Shown: positions 16,364-26,310 of the stretch, in pieces
Position numbering within the stretch: the stretch's first letter is position 1
Layout: each line of letters starts with the position of its first letter
Source of the DNA: Tannerellaceae bacterium
GTDB taxonomy: Bacteria > Bacteroidota > Bacteroidia > Bacteroidales > Tannerellaceae
Length of the DNA stretch: 64,000 bases
Direction: 5' to 3'
NCBI GenBank assembly: GCA_048465615.1
Contig: DBFWLD010000061.1
Coordinates: 38,789 to 102,788, forward strand
Translations under genes and position numbers: made by a program
Notes under the pieces: model-generated
Database searches by the model: none
Seen by the model: the letters and a program-made list of their open reading frames with translations, nothing else
What the model was told of the DNA's origin: nothing

Positions 16364-17215
16364 ATGCTCGAAGCACCGGAAGCACTTTATTTGTCGGAAC
16401 AATTGAACCGCGCCCTCGGCGGCAAGCGGATTATCGAAGTAGCAGCAGGCCATACGCCTCATAAATTCGCCTGGTTCAACGGCGATCCGGCCACGTATCC
16501 GGAGCGGCTCGCAGGCAAGCGCATTGAAAAAATCGTGGCCCGGGGCGGCATGATCGACTGGTTGATCGAAGGGAACACCCATCTGGTACTGAGCGACGGC
16601 GTAAACCTGCGCTACCTCCAGCCGGGCGAACCCCTGCCTTCCAAACACCAGTTGCTGATAGGTTTCGAGGATGAAAGCTGCCTTGCGGTCTCCGTCAGGA
16701 TGTACGGCGGGCTGAGTTGTTTCCACGGCGACCGGTACGGGTCGATGGCAGTCGGATACTACGAAGCGGCCAAGGACAAACCGCAGGTGATGTCGGAGGC
16801 CTTCACCCTTTCTTATTTCCGGCAGTTGATCGACGCCGAAGACGTACAGAAGAAAACGGCCAAGGCGTTTCTGGCAACCGAGCAACGCATTCCCGGGCTG
16901 GGCAACGGCGTTTTGCAAGATATTTTGTACGAAGCCCGCCTGCATCCCAAGCGAAAGATCGCTACCCTGGCGGAAAAAGAAAAAGAAACGCTGTATGCCG
17001 CCATAGGCCGGACACTGCGGCGGATTTATGCGGAGGGCGGCCGTAACTCGGAGACCGATCTATACGGACGCTGCGGCGGGTATATACCCTTCCTTTCGAA
17101 GGATACGGCCGGACAGCCCTGCCCGCGTTGCGGCGAGGTAATCCGCAAGGAAAACTATATGGGAGGCAGCATCTATTATTGCGCCGGCTGCCAACCGGCG
17201 GAACCGGCCGGTTGA
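16364..17215 (+). CDS. Fpg/Nei-family DNA glycosylase homologue lacking the canonical N-terminal proline
   Basis: H2TH region (RIPGLGNGVLQDILYEARLHP) and a C-terminal zinc finger (CPRCG...CAGC). The N-terminus reads MLEAPE instead of MPELPE. An in-frame TAA at 16358-16360 excludes an upstream start. Confidence 0.75.
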   Translation: MLEAPEALYLSEQLNRALGGKRIIEVAAGHTPHKFAWFNGDPATYPERLAGKRIEKIVARGGMIDWLIEGNTHLVLSDGVNLRYLQPGEPLPSKHQLLIGFEDESCLAVSVRMYGGLSCFHGDRYGSMAVGYYEAAKDKPQVMSEAFTLSYFRQLIDAEDVQKKTAKAFLATEQRIPGLGNGVLQDILYEARLHPKRKIATLAEKEKETLYAAIGRTLRRIYAEGGRNSETDLYGRCGGYIPFLSKDTAGQPCPRCGEVIRKENYMGGSIYYCAGCQPAEPAG

Positions 17216-17424
17216 TAAGCGGCCTGCGCCGAACCGAACGGCAAGACCGCTTGTTTAAACAAGACCGGTCAGGCATGTAAAGCCGGCCCACGGGACCGAT
17301 AAAGCTAACTTCCAAGGATAAACCGGCCCGTCGGACAAAGCCGGCTTATAAAATAGAGCCGATGCCTGGGATAAGGCCGATCCGCCTACGCCATCGACCT
17401 AGTCAACCTGTAAAAAAACAGCTT

Positions 17425-17961
17425 ATGGAAACTTACCCCTCGCCGGCATCAGACCGGATACAAATCGTACAAGCCGACATCACCACCCTCAAGGTAGATG
17501 CCATCGTGAATGCCGCCAATCAGCGTTTGCTGGGCGGCGGCGGAGTAGACGGCGCCATTCACCGGGCAGCCGGCCCGGAATTGCTGGCCGAATGCCGCAC
17601 TTTGCACGGCTGCGCCACCGGAGAAGCCAAACTAACGAAAGGCTACCGCTTGCCGGCCCGTTTCGTGATCCATACCGTAGGCCCCATCTACCGCGACGGA
17701 CACCACGGCGAACCGGAATTGCTGGCTTCCTGCTATCGCCGGTCGCTGGAACTGGCGGAAAAAAACGGCCTTCGTACCGTCGCTTTCCCATCCGTCAGCA
17801 CCGGCGTATACGGCTATCCGGTAGAAGCGGCCGCCCGCATCGCCATCCGGGAAATCAAAACGTTTCTGGAAGCACACCCCGATTTCGGGCCGGTGGTGAT
17901 GTGCTGCTTTTCGGCCGCCGATTACCGCGCCTATAGCCGGGCATTGGCCGAAGCAAGCTAA
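17425..17961 (+). CDS. Macro-domain protein (MacroD/YmdB-like O-acetyl-ADP-ribose deacetylase)
   Basis: [24 protein letters not shown] and [12 protein letters not shown] motifs. 178 aa from ATG 17425. Confidence 0.85.
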   Translation: METYPSPASDRIQIVQADITTLKVDAIVNAANQRLLGGGGVDGAIHRAAGPELLAECRTLHGCATGEAKLTKGYRLPARFVIHTVGPIYRDGHHGEPELLASCYRRSLELAEKNGLRTVAFPSVSTGVYGYPVEAAARIAIREIKTFLEAHPDFGPVVMCCFSAADYRAYSRALAEAS

Positions 17962-18084
17962 GCTGCGCGACGGCCCTGCTTCCCTTCCGGACGCCCCGCT
18001 TCCGGATCGCCCGATTGCTGCACGGGCTCCTTTCGCCGGCCGGTTCCGGCATTCGCGACGATACGGATTACTGCCGAGTCGTAA

Positions 18085-18744
18085 TTACTGCCGGGCAGTA
18101 ATATGAAAGCACCCCTGTTTGCGTTCGTGCTTCACATAACAGCGGCCCTCTTTCTTCAAATCGCGCAGCACGGCGGCCAGCACCATTTTAAGGCGGTCAG
18201 CCTGGATCGTCATCGTATCCTTTTCGTCTACCTTGACATACCGGGCCCACGATACGTCGAAGGTGGTGCCGTATTGATGAGCCGAATTCAGGCTGGAATT
18301 ATAATTTCTTTTCCGCAGCTTTTTCACGTCTTCCACCGTGCGGGTCACGCTCGTGACCTTGATCTTGTACAAAGGCGCGTTCAGGTTATACAACGAATCC
18401 TGAAAATTCTTCCCGATGTCTTCCAGCAATCCCGAAGCCTCCGACACCAGAAACGGAATGGAATGGGTAAGCTCTTCCACCTCGTAATACTCATTCGTTT
18501 TGATTTCGTCCATCTTCTTCGAAGCCTTCCGGGCTTCTTCCCGCGAAGCGACCGGTTGAATGCCGATTTTGCGGGCCGTTTCCAGATGCAGGTCGTTCAG
18601 ATCTCTGAAATCGCGGTTATAGCTTCCGATATACCGGATAGGCTTTAATTCTCCGCGCTTTTCCTTGCAGGAAGGGAAGGCGGCCGCCGCCGAAAAGAAA
18701 AGAAACAGCAGCGTGAGTTTGCAGATTATTTTCATTGTTTTCAT
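18085..18744 (-). CDS. Lipoprotein with a VanY/M15-like (LAS-superfamily) metal-site motif; function unknown
   Basis: Signal peptide plus lipobox-like FPSC. The SAHQYGTTFDVS segment resembles the SxHxxGxAxD motif of M15 DD-peptidases. Confidence 0.45.
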   Translation of the reverse strand: MKTMKIICKLTLLFLFFSAAAAFPSCKEKRGELKPIRYIGSYNRDFRDLNDLHLETARKIGIQPVASREEARKASKKMDEIKTNEYYEVEELTHSIPFLVSEASGLLEDIGKNFQDSLYNLNAPLYKIKVTSVTRTVEDVKKLRKRNYNSSLNSAHQYGTTFDVSWARYVKVDEKDTMTIQADRLKMVLAAVLRDLKKEGRCYVKHERKQGCFHITARQ

Positions 18745-19164
18745 TCATTTATAACCAGAATATATAAAAATAAGACAAGCTGTCGATTGCCGGACCTGGA
18801 ATCTGACCGCAATCCGTAATAGGCTACGAATCAGTCAGATACAGATACAATCCGGGCAAATTGAAGTTCAAAATTACTAAATTTGCACCGGCCCGGCAAC
18901 TTTTCCGCAACTTCTTTTTAGATACCATCTGTTCTGAAACGCCTTGTCGCGCGCCGATCCCTCGATTTGTCAGGATGCTTTCCAAATGCCCGTCTTCATC
19001 CTATTTTCCCATATCTCCTTGTCGGTTGCTGTCACAACAAAATCGTCGGCATGCCTTTTCCTATACCTAATACATAGATTCCCTCCCCTTCCCAGGATAA
19101 CCGCTTTTTTAAAAGAAACGATTTGTTTTATCTTCCCGATTCATTTTCAAAATGTTGCCTCGCT

Positions 19165-20991
19165 TTAGTCCCAGTCAGGATTTTGCTCCAAATTCGGGTT
19201 TAAGACCGTCTGGTTGTAAGGGATCGGCCATAAATAATCCCGGTCGGGATTGAAAGAACGTTTCACGACCTCTATTCCCTCATTATTATTCATCATGCCA
19301 TTATTTTCTTTCTCGGCGGTTTTCCAACGCAATATATCTGAATAATAAAGTCCTTCAAAGGCCAGTTCGATGCGGCGTTCACGGCGGATTACCTCACGCA
19401 TCTGATTTTTCGTCAAGCCTTTCGGAACTTCCGGCATAGCAATATCCGGACGCCTACGCAATTGGTCGACGGCATCATACACCGACTGATCGGGCCCATT
19501 CGCCTCATTCTGCGCCTCGGCATACGTCAGCAAGACTTCGGCATAACGAATCAAAATAAAGTTGAAAGCCGAACGTTCTACCAAAGGAATCGTTACATCG
19601 TCCTCGTACGAAGTATATTTCTTCACACCGAAACCCGTAGTCGCCACATCTTCCTTGGTGATCGTCTTTCCTAAATACGGATAGCCGATGCACACGATCG
19701 ATTTCAACAGACGAGGATCTCTGTTCTCGTAGGGACGAGCCGGATCGTAAAGCGGAGACTCCTCTATCGTCTTGCCATCGATACATAGGTAGGTATCGAT
19801 CAGTTCCTTCAACGGAGCCGGGCGATTCAAACGCCAGATATTCTGATCATAATCCGTGGGATATTCCGGCAATTTCGCCTCTATATCAAAGATTACTTCG
19901 CTATTATATTTATTATCTTCGCTAAAGAAATGACGATAATCGTTAAATAATCGGTAAGCGCCGGATTGCATCGCTCCATTCAACGGATAATTATAATCGG
20001 TGACGGAGCCATCCTCCTTGATCACCTTCAAGTTCATCAGATCCACGTAACGGAATAAATCGATACGCTCGTTACCCAATTGTCCCCACGAAGCTCTCAG
20101 TTTCAGATTGTATATCCAAGCAATATCTTGCATAAACTCTTCCTCCCTCAAACGCCATCCGGCGGAGAATGAAGGAAAAATACCCCAGCGATGACCTTTG
20201 GCGAAACGTGACGAACCATCATAACGGAAATTTCCCTCGAATAAATAACGATCCTTATAACCATAATTCACCCTACCGAAATAAGACATCAAAACGGATC
20301 GGGAGGAAGTACCGGCTACGCTCGGATTACCGGAACCTGCGTTCAGCTCGTGCAACTCGTTCCCCAGAAAACCTTCTGCCTTAGCGGAAAACGCCGTTTT
20401 GTCATCGCTCTCGAAACTATAGCCTGCCAACACTTTAACGTCGTGCGCATGCTGGAACTTCTTGCCCCAGGATAAGGTATTGAACAGCGTAACCGCCAAA
20501 TCATTCTTATCGCCTTTATAGGCATGGCGTGTATTCTGACCGTCGTAAACCACTCGTTTCTCCTCGCCGGTCTTCAATTGATAGGCGTATACATCCGGCG
20601 CAAAACGAGATTGCAGATAATCATATTTGTTTAAACCCACATTCAGGTTATAGACCATATCAAACGGAAGCTTATATCCGGCCGACAAATTCGCCAACAT
20701 ACGCAAGGACGTATGTTTATTCTCGCCCTCGTCGGCCAACGCCAACGGATGACGATAGATATTATGTCCCGGCGTACGGATAAAGGTATCCGCATAGCGA
20801 CCATCGGCCGTATAAGCGGGATGGAAAGCCTGGGCTTTATAAGTCATCTCCACCAAGTTTGCCACACCTGCTACCGGCTCATTATAGATCTGATAATGCG
20901 CATTGATAGTAGCGCCGATCTTCAAGCGGCTATTTATCTGAGCTGTCGTGTTCACGGCCAAGGTATATTTATGAGAGTCCGTGCCGCGCAA
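19165..20991 (-). pseudogene. Chimeric SusC-SusD remnant: mid-barrel SusC fused in frame to the C-terminal half of SusD
   Basis: aa 1-~310 carry SusC barrel motifs (FSAGWRLREEEFM, LKLRASWGQLGNE). aa ~350-608 carry SusD motifs (RYAEVLLTYAEAQNE, ERRIELAFEGLYYSDILRW, WPIPYNQTVLNPNLEQNPDW). The junction lies around nt 19940-20060. Confidence 0.75.
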
Positions 20992-21000
20992 TACGCTATT

Positions 21001-21873
21001 TTAATCGCCGTAGCCTAAAGATACGGAATAGGTATATTTATCATCACCACCGGAGAAACGCATGTTATGCTCCATGATAAAGGCGTTATCGTACATGATA
21101 TTCAACCAATTATTCTGCGGATACATAATCGGGTCGGTCAACATACCCTGTCTGTACTCCTCGATCAGCGCATCCGGGTAATCTACCGTCAGTTTGCCCT
21201 CGTTGCGTTGCGCCTGGTTTCTCATTTCCATAAACACGACCGGATCATACACGAAGTCGGGCAGATAAGTAGCCTGCTGCATACCGAAATAATTCGTATA
21301 TTCGGCGGTAAACTTGCCTTTTTTACCGGTTTTCGTTTTTACCAAGATAACGCCATTAGCCGCACGCGAACCGTAGATAGCGGAAGAAGCCGCATCTTTC
21401 AATACGGAGATACTCTCTATATCATTCGGATTTACCGCCTCTAACGGAAACTCGATACCATCCACCAAAATCAACGGGTTATTATCGTTCAAGGTTCCCT
21501 GGCCACGAATACGGATGGTAGCCTTGTCTGAGCCCGGCTGGGCGCCGGGTTGATTCACATACACGCCTTGCGTACCTTGCAACGCTTGCGTCGAATTCGT
21601 GATCGGACGGTTCTCCAAGGTCGCGGCATCCAACGACGAGATCGCTCCGGTCAGGTTCACCTTCTTCTGGGTGCCATATCCGACAACCACAACCTCGTCC
21701 AACTTCCGGGCATCTTCAGACAGGCTGACCATTACCTGCGAAGAATTGCCCACTTGCACCGTGCGGTCTGCATATCCGATATAAGAGACTAGCAATACCG
21801 CGTTATCCGGTACTTCCAGACTGAAATTGCCGTCGATATTCGTGATTGTACCATTCGTGCTACCTTTTATCAC
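21001..21873 (-). pseudogene. SusC/RagA N-terminal fragment (part of the CarboxypepD_reg domain, the plug, and the first barrel strands), ended by a nonsense codon
   Basis: IKGSTNGTITNIDGNFSLEV..VVVGYGTQKKVNLTGAISS...SIYGSRAANGVILVKTK. The TAA at 21001-21003 is in the same frame as the next fragment (..SLGYGD*NSVLRGTD..), at a position where SusC proteins typically have Gln. No signal peptide or STN domain is present. Confidence 0.75.
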
Positions 21874-22334
21874 TACATTGGCTCCCCTTTTAATTGTACA
21901 TGCCGGGTTTTGCCGTCAAAACTTTTTGGATAGATCAATTGGCTATTGGGGCCCAGGCTCACCCTTGTACCGTCCGACAAGTAAACCGGCTCTATGCAAC
22001 GAACGCCGCAGGCCATTACATGGATATATCGATCCTCAGGTGCACGGGCCCGGTAAACTATGTTTGCCAGGCTCAGAAGCAGCAACAGGGAAGCAGCTAT
22101 CGCCGTAATCTTATAGACCCGCAGTTTAGGAGCACCCTTTGTCGCCATCGTCCGGGCTATGATTTGTTCCCACATGCGATCTCTCACCGCCGGATCGGTG
22201 CCACCTGTAGCCTCGTCCCATTGGGAGCGCATACGTTCTTCTACTTTCGGATGGCATAACAAACGCTGCCGTTCTTTCTCATCCAGAGCATCCCGCATCA
22301 ACTTCCTCCATATCGTTCCGGTATTTTCGCTCAT
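21873..22334 (-). pseudogene. Truncated FecR-type anti-sigma factor (N-terminal cytoplasmic part, TM segment, and only the start of the FecR domain)
   Basis: From ATG 22334: MSENTGTIWRKL..., TM segment ITAIAASLLLLLSLANIV, then LSDGTRVSLGPNSQLIYPKSF..HVQLKGE, stopping at TAG 21873-21875. It abuts the SusC fragment in another frame (TAGTG junction). Confidence 0.65.
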
Positions 22335-22656
22335 CTTTATTCTTCTTGTTCTATTTATAAATACACGCCAAGTTTTCCTTCCCCCTATGGAGGATAAAAA
22401 AATTTCGCTTAGGTATGCAAAAAATACACGGCCTCTTCCTTGCTTTCCACCCGTATATTTCCGTCCTTTGCAACCGATGAAACAAGTAGCCGACGTCCTC
22501 GGCAATATTTCTTACGCTGTCGGTAATACTTCCGACGGCATCAGCCATATTTCCCAGGGCGTCGGCTAACGATTTTACGGCATAGGAACATCTAAGAGAT
22601 AAGCGTTAAATTTCCGAGACACCTTGTTCATCATTCATTTGAATAACGAGAAAAGT

Positions 22657-23289
22657 ATGGGAAAACCTAGAAGCGGTATCCAAGTCAGTATTTACAAGAC
22701 ACCGGGCAATAAACAAGGCGGGGGCGCCTCCTGCGCGCGAGTCGTCACCCGCGATACCAAACGCATGAATGAGCTATGCAAGTATATCTCCGAATGTTCC
22801 TCCGTAAGCTCTTCCGACATAAAAGGCGTATTGGAAGCCCTTACCTGCTATATCGGCAGGGAATTATCCGATGGATATAGCGTGGAACTGGAAGGATTGG
22901 GCCATTTCTCGCCATCGGTAAAAAGTAAAGAAGTAGTAGACCGGGAAGGAAATATTAAATCGAGGGCCAGCATACACGGCGTTAACTTCCGCTGCTCTGC
23001 CCGGCTGAAGGAGATGGTAAAAAAGAATGCCCCTATCTTGGTTAAACGGGAAAATCTTCCCCATACGGGAATCGAGGGAAGGAAGGCGAAGATGTTATCT
23101 TATCTGGAAAGAAATCCATATATAAACCTCACCGGTTATGCCTGTTTGAACCATTGTACCCGCTACCGTGCGGGTGAGGACATCAAGCAATTTATCAAGG
23201 AAAACCAACTAACGAGCGTAGGCTCCCGCACGCACCGGATTTACGTGCTCCCGGAAAAGGAAGACGGGCTAGATAAACCAGATAAGTAA
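22657..23289 (+). CDS. HU-like DNA-binding protein, Bacteroidetes long form
   Basis: 210 aa from ATG 22657. The HU-fold-like core is SSSDIKGVLEALTCYIGRELSDGYSVELEGLGHFSPSV. This is a common Bacteroidales accessory family. Its 3' end overlaps the convergent sigma-factor gene by 21 nt. Confidence 0.65.
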   Translation: MGKPRSGIQVSIYKTPGNKQGGGASCARVVTRDTKRMNELCKYISECSSVSSSDIKGVLEALTCYIGRELSDGYSVELEGLGHFSPSVKSKEVVDREGNIKSRASIHGVNFRCSARLKEMVKKNAPILVKRENLPHTGIEGRKAKMLSYLERNPYINLTGYACLNHCTRYRAGEDIKQFIKENQLTSVGSRTHRIYVLPEKEDGLDKPDK

Positions 23290-23817
23290 CAGGATATTCT
23301 TTTTCAGGAATTTCAAGGCTTCGCCCACTTGGTTTTCAACAGTCTTCTGGGAAATATGGAGTTGGGATGCTATCTCTTTATAACTTTTATGTTCTTTCCG
23401 GCTTAAATTAAAGATAATCCGGCGTCTTTCCGGCAGTTCCTCTATCAAGCGATCGATATACTCGCCCAAGTTATAGGCGGCAATTTCTTCCTCCAGGTCG
23501 TCGTATGACGAGTTCCGCATAGCGGAGAGGACGGTCATTTTATAGAAGTCTTCGTTTAGGTTTTTGCGGTGTTGGTTAAAGATCAAGTTACGGGTGACGA
23601 TGAACAGCAGGCCTTTGAAGTTATCATCCTCCCGGATGAATTCCCTCGACTCCCACACCTTGATAAAGACCTCTTGCACCACATCCTCGGCCACTTCCCG
23701 ATTATTGAGATAAAGTTCGCAGAAATGATAAACCTTTTCCCAATATTGTTTATACAACATCGAAAAAGCTTCCCGGTCTCCTTCTTTCAACGACTTTATA
23801 ATTTGTTTCTCTTTCAT
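23269..23817 (-). CDS. ECF-type RNA polymerase sigma-70 factor
   Basis: 182 aa. Region 2 (AEDVVQEVFIKVWE) and region 4 (SYKEIASQLHISQKTVENQV). Confidence 0.9.
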   Translation of the reverse strand: MKEKQIIKSLKEGDREAFSMLYKQYWEKVYHFCELYLNNREVAEDVVQEVFIKVWESREFIREDDNFKGLLFIVTRNLIFNQHRKNLNEDFYKMTVLSAMRNSSYDDLEEEIAAYNLGEYIDRLIEELPERRRIIFNLSRKEHKSYKEIASQLHISQKTVENQVGEALKFLKKNILLLIWFI

Positions 23818-24224
23818 TTAGCTTCGCCTATCGTTGCGCGAAGATAATAAAATCGCACACTAATAAAAGTTAATAACATCCTTGTTCCGCAGGTCTTCTT
23901 TGTAGCGGTCGCATAGGACGAGGAATACATGGTAAAAGAAAAGAGAACAATCATATAAGCGATGTATTAATAGGTTAAGTCAACGGGCTTTCCTTATGAA
24001 AAGATGACTCAAGTTAAAAATAAAAATGTAAAAAAAGAGAAAAGTAGCAGAAGCAGAGTCAAAAAGTTGGTTTAGCCCGCTTCCTTATCACTTTTTCTCT
24101 GTGAAGAGGCTCCCGGTTCACGAGCAAACCCGGGTGGCCGTGCTTGCCGCTGCCGGCTGAAAGAAAAAAATTCCGCACCATACCAACGGATTCAGAATAT
24201 TACTACCTTTGTAAGTAATAAACG

Positions 24225-24288
24225 AAGATAGGGGGTGCCGGGCAGATTCGACCGAACTTGCCTCTGCGCCCGGTTTGCACTATCTTTG
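24225..24288 (+). repeat. Promoter-bearing palindromic element, single copy upstream of phoH
   Basis: aagatagggggtgccgggcag...cctctgcgcccggtttgcactatctttg. The -7 TATCTTTG is at 24281-24288, 68 nt before ATG 24356. The -33 is degenerate (CTTG). A remnant -7 box (TACCTTTG, 24204-24211) lies just upstream. Confidence 0.7.
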
Positions 24289-24355
24289 TACCTAAATAGA
24301 CGAGATAAAAACAAGAAAGAGGCAAATATCAAAAAGAAGAACGAAAATAAAATAG

Positions 24356-25342
24356 ATGATAGAACGAATTTATATTCTTGAGAATGTAGACCCGGTGATT
24401 TTCTACGGCGTGAACAATACCAATATGCAGTTGATCAAGACACTGTTTCCAAAATTGCGTATCGTGGCCCGCGGGAATGTGATGAAAGTGATTGGAGATG
24501 AAGACGAATCGGAACTTTTTCTCAAGAAAATTCGGGAAATCGAAAAATATTGCGAAGAGTTCAACTCGCTGGGCGAAGAGGTGATTCTGGACATCGTGAA
24601 AGGCAAAACGCCTACGGTGGTGAAACAGGAAAACCTGATTATCCACGGCATGAACGGCAAGCCGATCACGGCTCGTACGGAAAACCAGCAAAAACTGGTA
24701 AAGGCTTACGAAGAAAACGACCTGGTGTTCGCCACCGGGCCGGCAGGATCGGGCAAGACATTTATTGCCATCGCCTTAGCGGTAAGGGCTTTAAAGAATA
24801 AGGAAGCGCGGAAAATTATTCTGAGCCGGCCGGCGGTGGAAGCCGGCGAAAAGCTGGGATTTCTGCCGGGCGAGATGAAAGACAAGCTCGATCCTTACCT
24901 GCAACCGCTTTACGACGCCTTGCAGGATATGATTCCGGCAGCCAAGCTGAAAGAGTATATGGAGAATAACGTCATCCAGATTGCTCCGCTGGCTTTTATG
25001 CGGGGACGCACGCTGAATGATGCCGTAATTATCCTCGACGAGGCGCAGAACACCACGACGCATCAGATAAAAATGTTTCTGACGCGCCTGGGCATGAACG
25101 CCAAGATGATCGTAACGGGCGATATTACGCAGATCGACCTCCCTCCCAGCGCCACTTCGGGGTTGATTCAGGCTATGCAGATCCTGAAAGGAGTGAGCGG
25201 GATCGGCAAAATAGAGTTTACCAAAAAAGACATCGTCCGCCATAAGCTGGTGCAGCGGATCGTGGAGGCGTACGACAAATTCGACGACAGGCGCAAAAAG
25301 GAAGCGAAAGAGAAAAAACAGGAAACTACAACTGACAAATAA
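24356..25342 (+). CDS. phoH: PhoH-family ATPase
   Basis: Walker A GPAGSGKTF, Walker B VIILDEAQN, and the typical PhoH length, plus a Lys/Glu-rich tail. Confidence 0.9.
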   Translation: MIERIYILENVDPVIFYGVNNTNMQLIKTLFPKLRIVARGNVMKVIGDEDESELFLKKIREIEKYCEEFNSLGEEVILDIVKGKTPTVVKQENLIIHGMNGKPITARTENQQKLVKAYEENDLVFATGPAGSGKTFIAIALAVRALKNKEARKIILSRPAVEAGEKLGFLPGEMKDKLDPYLQPLYDALQDMIPAAKLKEYMENNVIQIAPLAFMRGRTLNDAVIILDEAQNTTTHQIKMFLTRLGMNAKMIVTGDITQIDLPPSATSGLIQAMQILKGVSGIGKIEFTKKDIVRHKLVQRIVEAYDKFDDRRKKEAKEKKQETTTDK

Positions 25343-25359
25343 ACTAAAATAACAACGTT

Positions 25360-26310
25360 ATGAAGAAGGCTTTAGTGAGAACAGATTTCAATTTTCCCGG
25401 TCAGAAAAGCGTTTACCACGGAAAGGTGCGCGACGTATACAACATCGACGACAAGGTGTTGGTGATGGTGGCTACCGACCGTATTTCGGCATTCGACGTG
25501 GTGCTTCCCGAAGGCATTCCTTACAAGGGGCAGATGCTCAACCAGATAGCCGCCAAATTCCTGGATGCGACCACGGATATTTGTCCGAACTGGAAACTGG
25601 CTACGCCCGATCCGATGGTGACTGTGGGGGTACAATGCCAGGGGTTTCCGGTGGAAATGATCGTGCGCGGGTATCTGTGCGGCAGTGCGTGGCGGGCGTA
25701 TAAGAGCGGCGTGCGCGAAATCTGCGGGGTGAAACTGCCGGAGGGCATGCGCGAAAACGAGCGTTTCCCCGAGCCTATCATCACGCCTACTACGAAGGCT
25801 GAAATCGGCGAACATGATCAGGATATTTCGAAAGAGGAAATTCTGGCGCGCGGCCTGGTTTCGGCGGCCGACTATGAAGTGCTGGAAAATTATACGATGG
25901 CGCTGTTTAAACGCGGTACGGAAATCGCTGCCGGGCGGGGTCTGATCCTGGTGGATACGAAGTATGAGTTCGGCCATCGCGACGGCAAGATTTATTTGAT
26001 CGACGAAATCCATACGCCCGATTCTTCCCGTTATTTCTACAGCGAAGGTTATGAGGAGCGTTTCGCCAAGGGGGAAGCGCAGAAACAGCTTTCGAAGGAG
26101 TTCGTTCGCGAATGGTTGATGGAAAACGGTTTCCAGGGGAAAGCCGGACAGATGGTACCGGAAATGACGCCGGCCATCGTAGAGGGCATCAGCGACCGGT
26201 ATATCGAATTATTCGAGCATATCACGGGCGAAAAGTTTGTGAAGGGCGATACGGATAACCTGACCGCACGGATCGAACAGAATGTAACGGACTATCTGAA
26301 ACAAAGATAG
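25360..26310 (+). CDS. purC: Phosphoribosylaminoimidazole-succinocarboxamide synthase (SAICAR synthetase), long form
   Basis: [29 protein letters not shown] and [11 protein letters not shown] motifs. Confidence 0.93.
   Translation: MKKALVRTDFNFPGQKSVYHGKVRDVYNIDDKVLVMVATDRISAFDVVLPEGIPYKGQMLNQIAAKFLDATTDICPNWKLATPDPMVTVGVQCQGFPVEMIVRGYLCGSAWRAYKSGVREICGVKLPEGMRENERFPEPIITPTTKAEIGEHDQDISKEEILARGLVSAADYEVLENYTMALFKRGTEIAAGRGLILVDTKYEFGHRDGKIYLIDEIHTPDSSRYFYSEGYEERFAKGEAQKQLSKEFVREWLMENGFQGKAGQMVPEMTPAIVEGISDRYIELFEHITGEKFVKGDTDNLTARIEQNVTDYLKQR

Noticed and set aside
21001-21003. The in-frame TAA in SusC as programmed readthrough or recoding.
   Set aside because: TAA is not a selenocysteine or pyrrolysine codon. 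The locus also carries two large deletions, so simple pseudogenisation is far more likely.
21865-21880. The FecR/SusC TAGTG junction as a programmed frameshift or a coupled stop-start.
   Set aside because: The downstream protein starts in the middle of a domain, with no signal peptide or STN domain. The upstream protein lacks most of its periplasmic domain. A deletion explains both.
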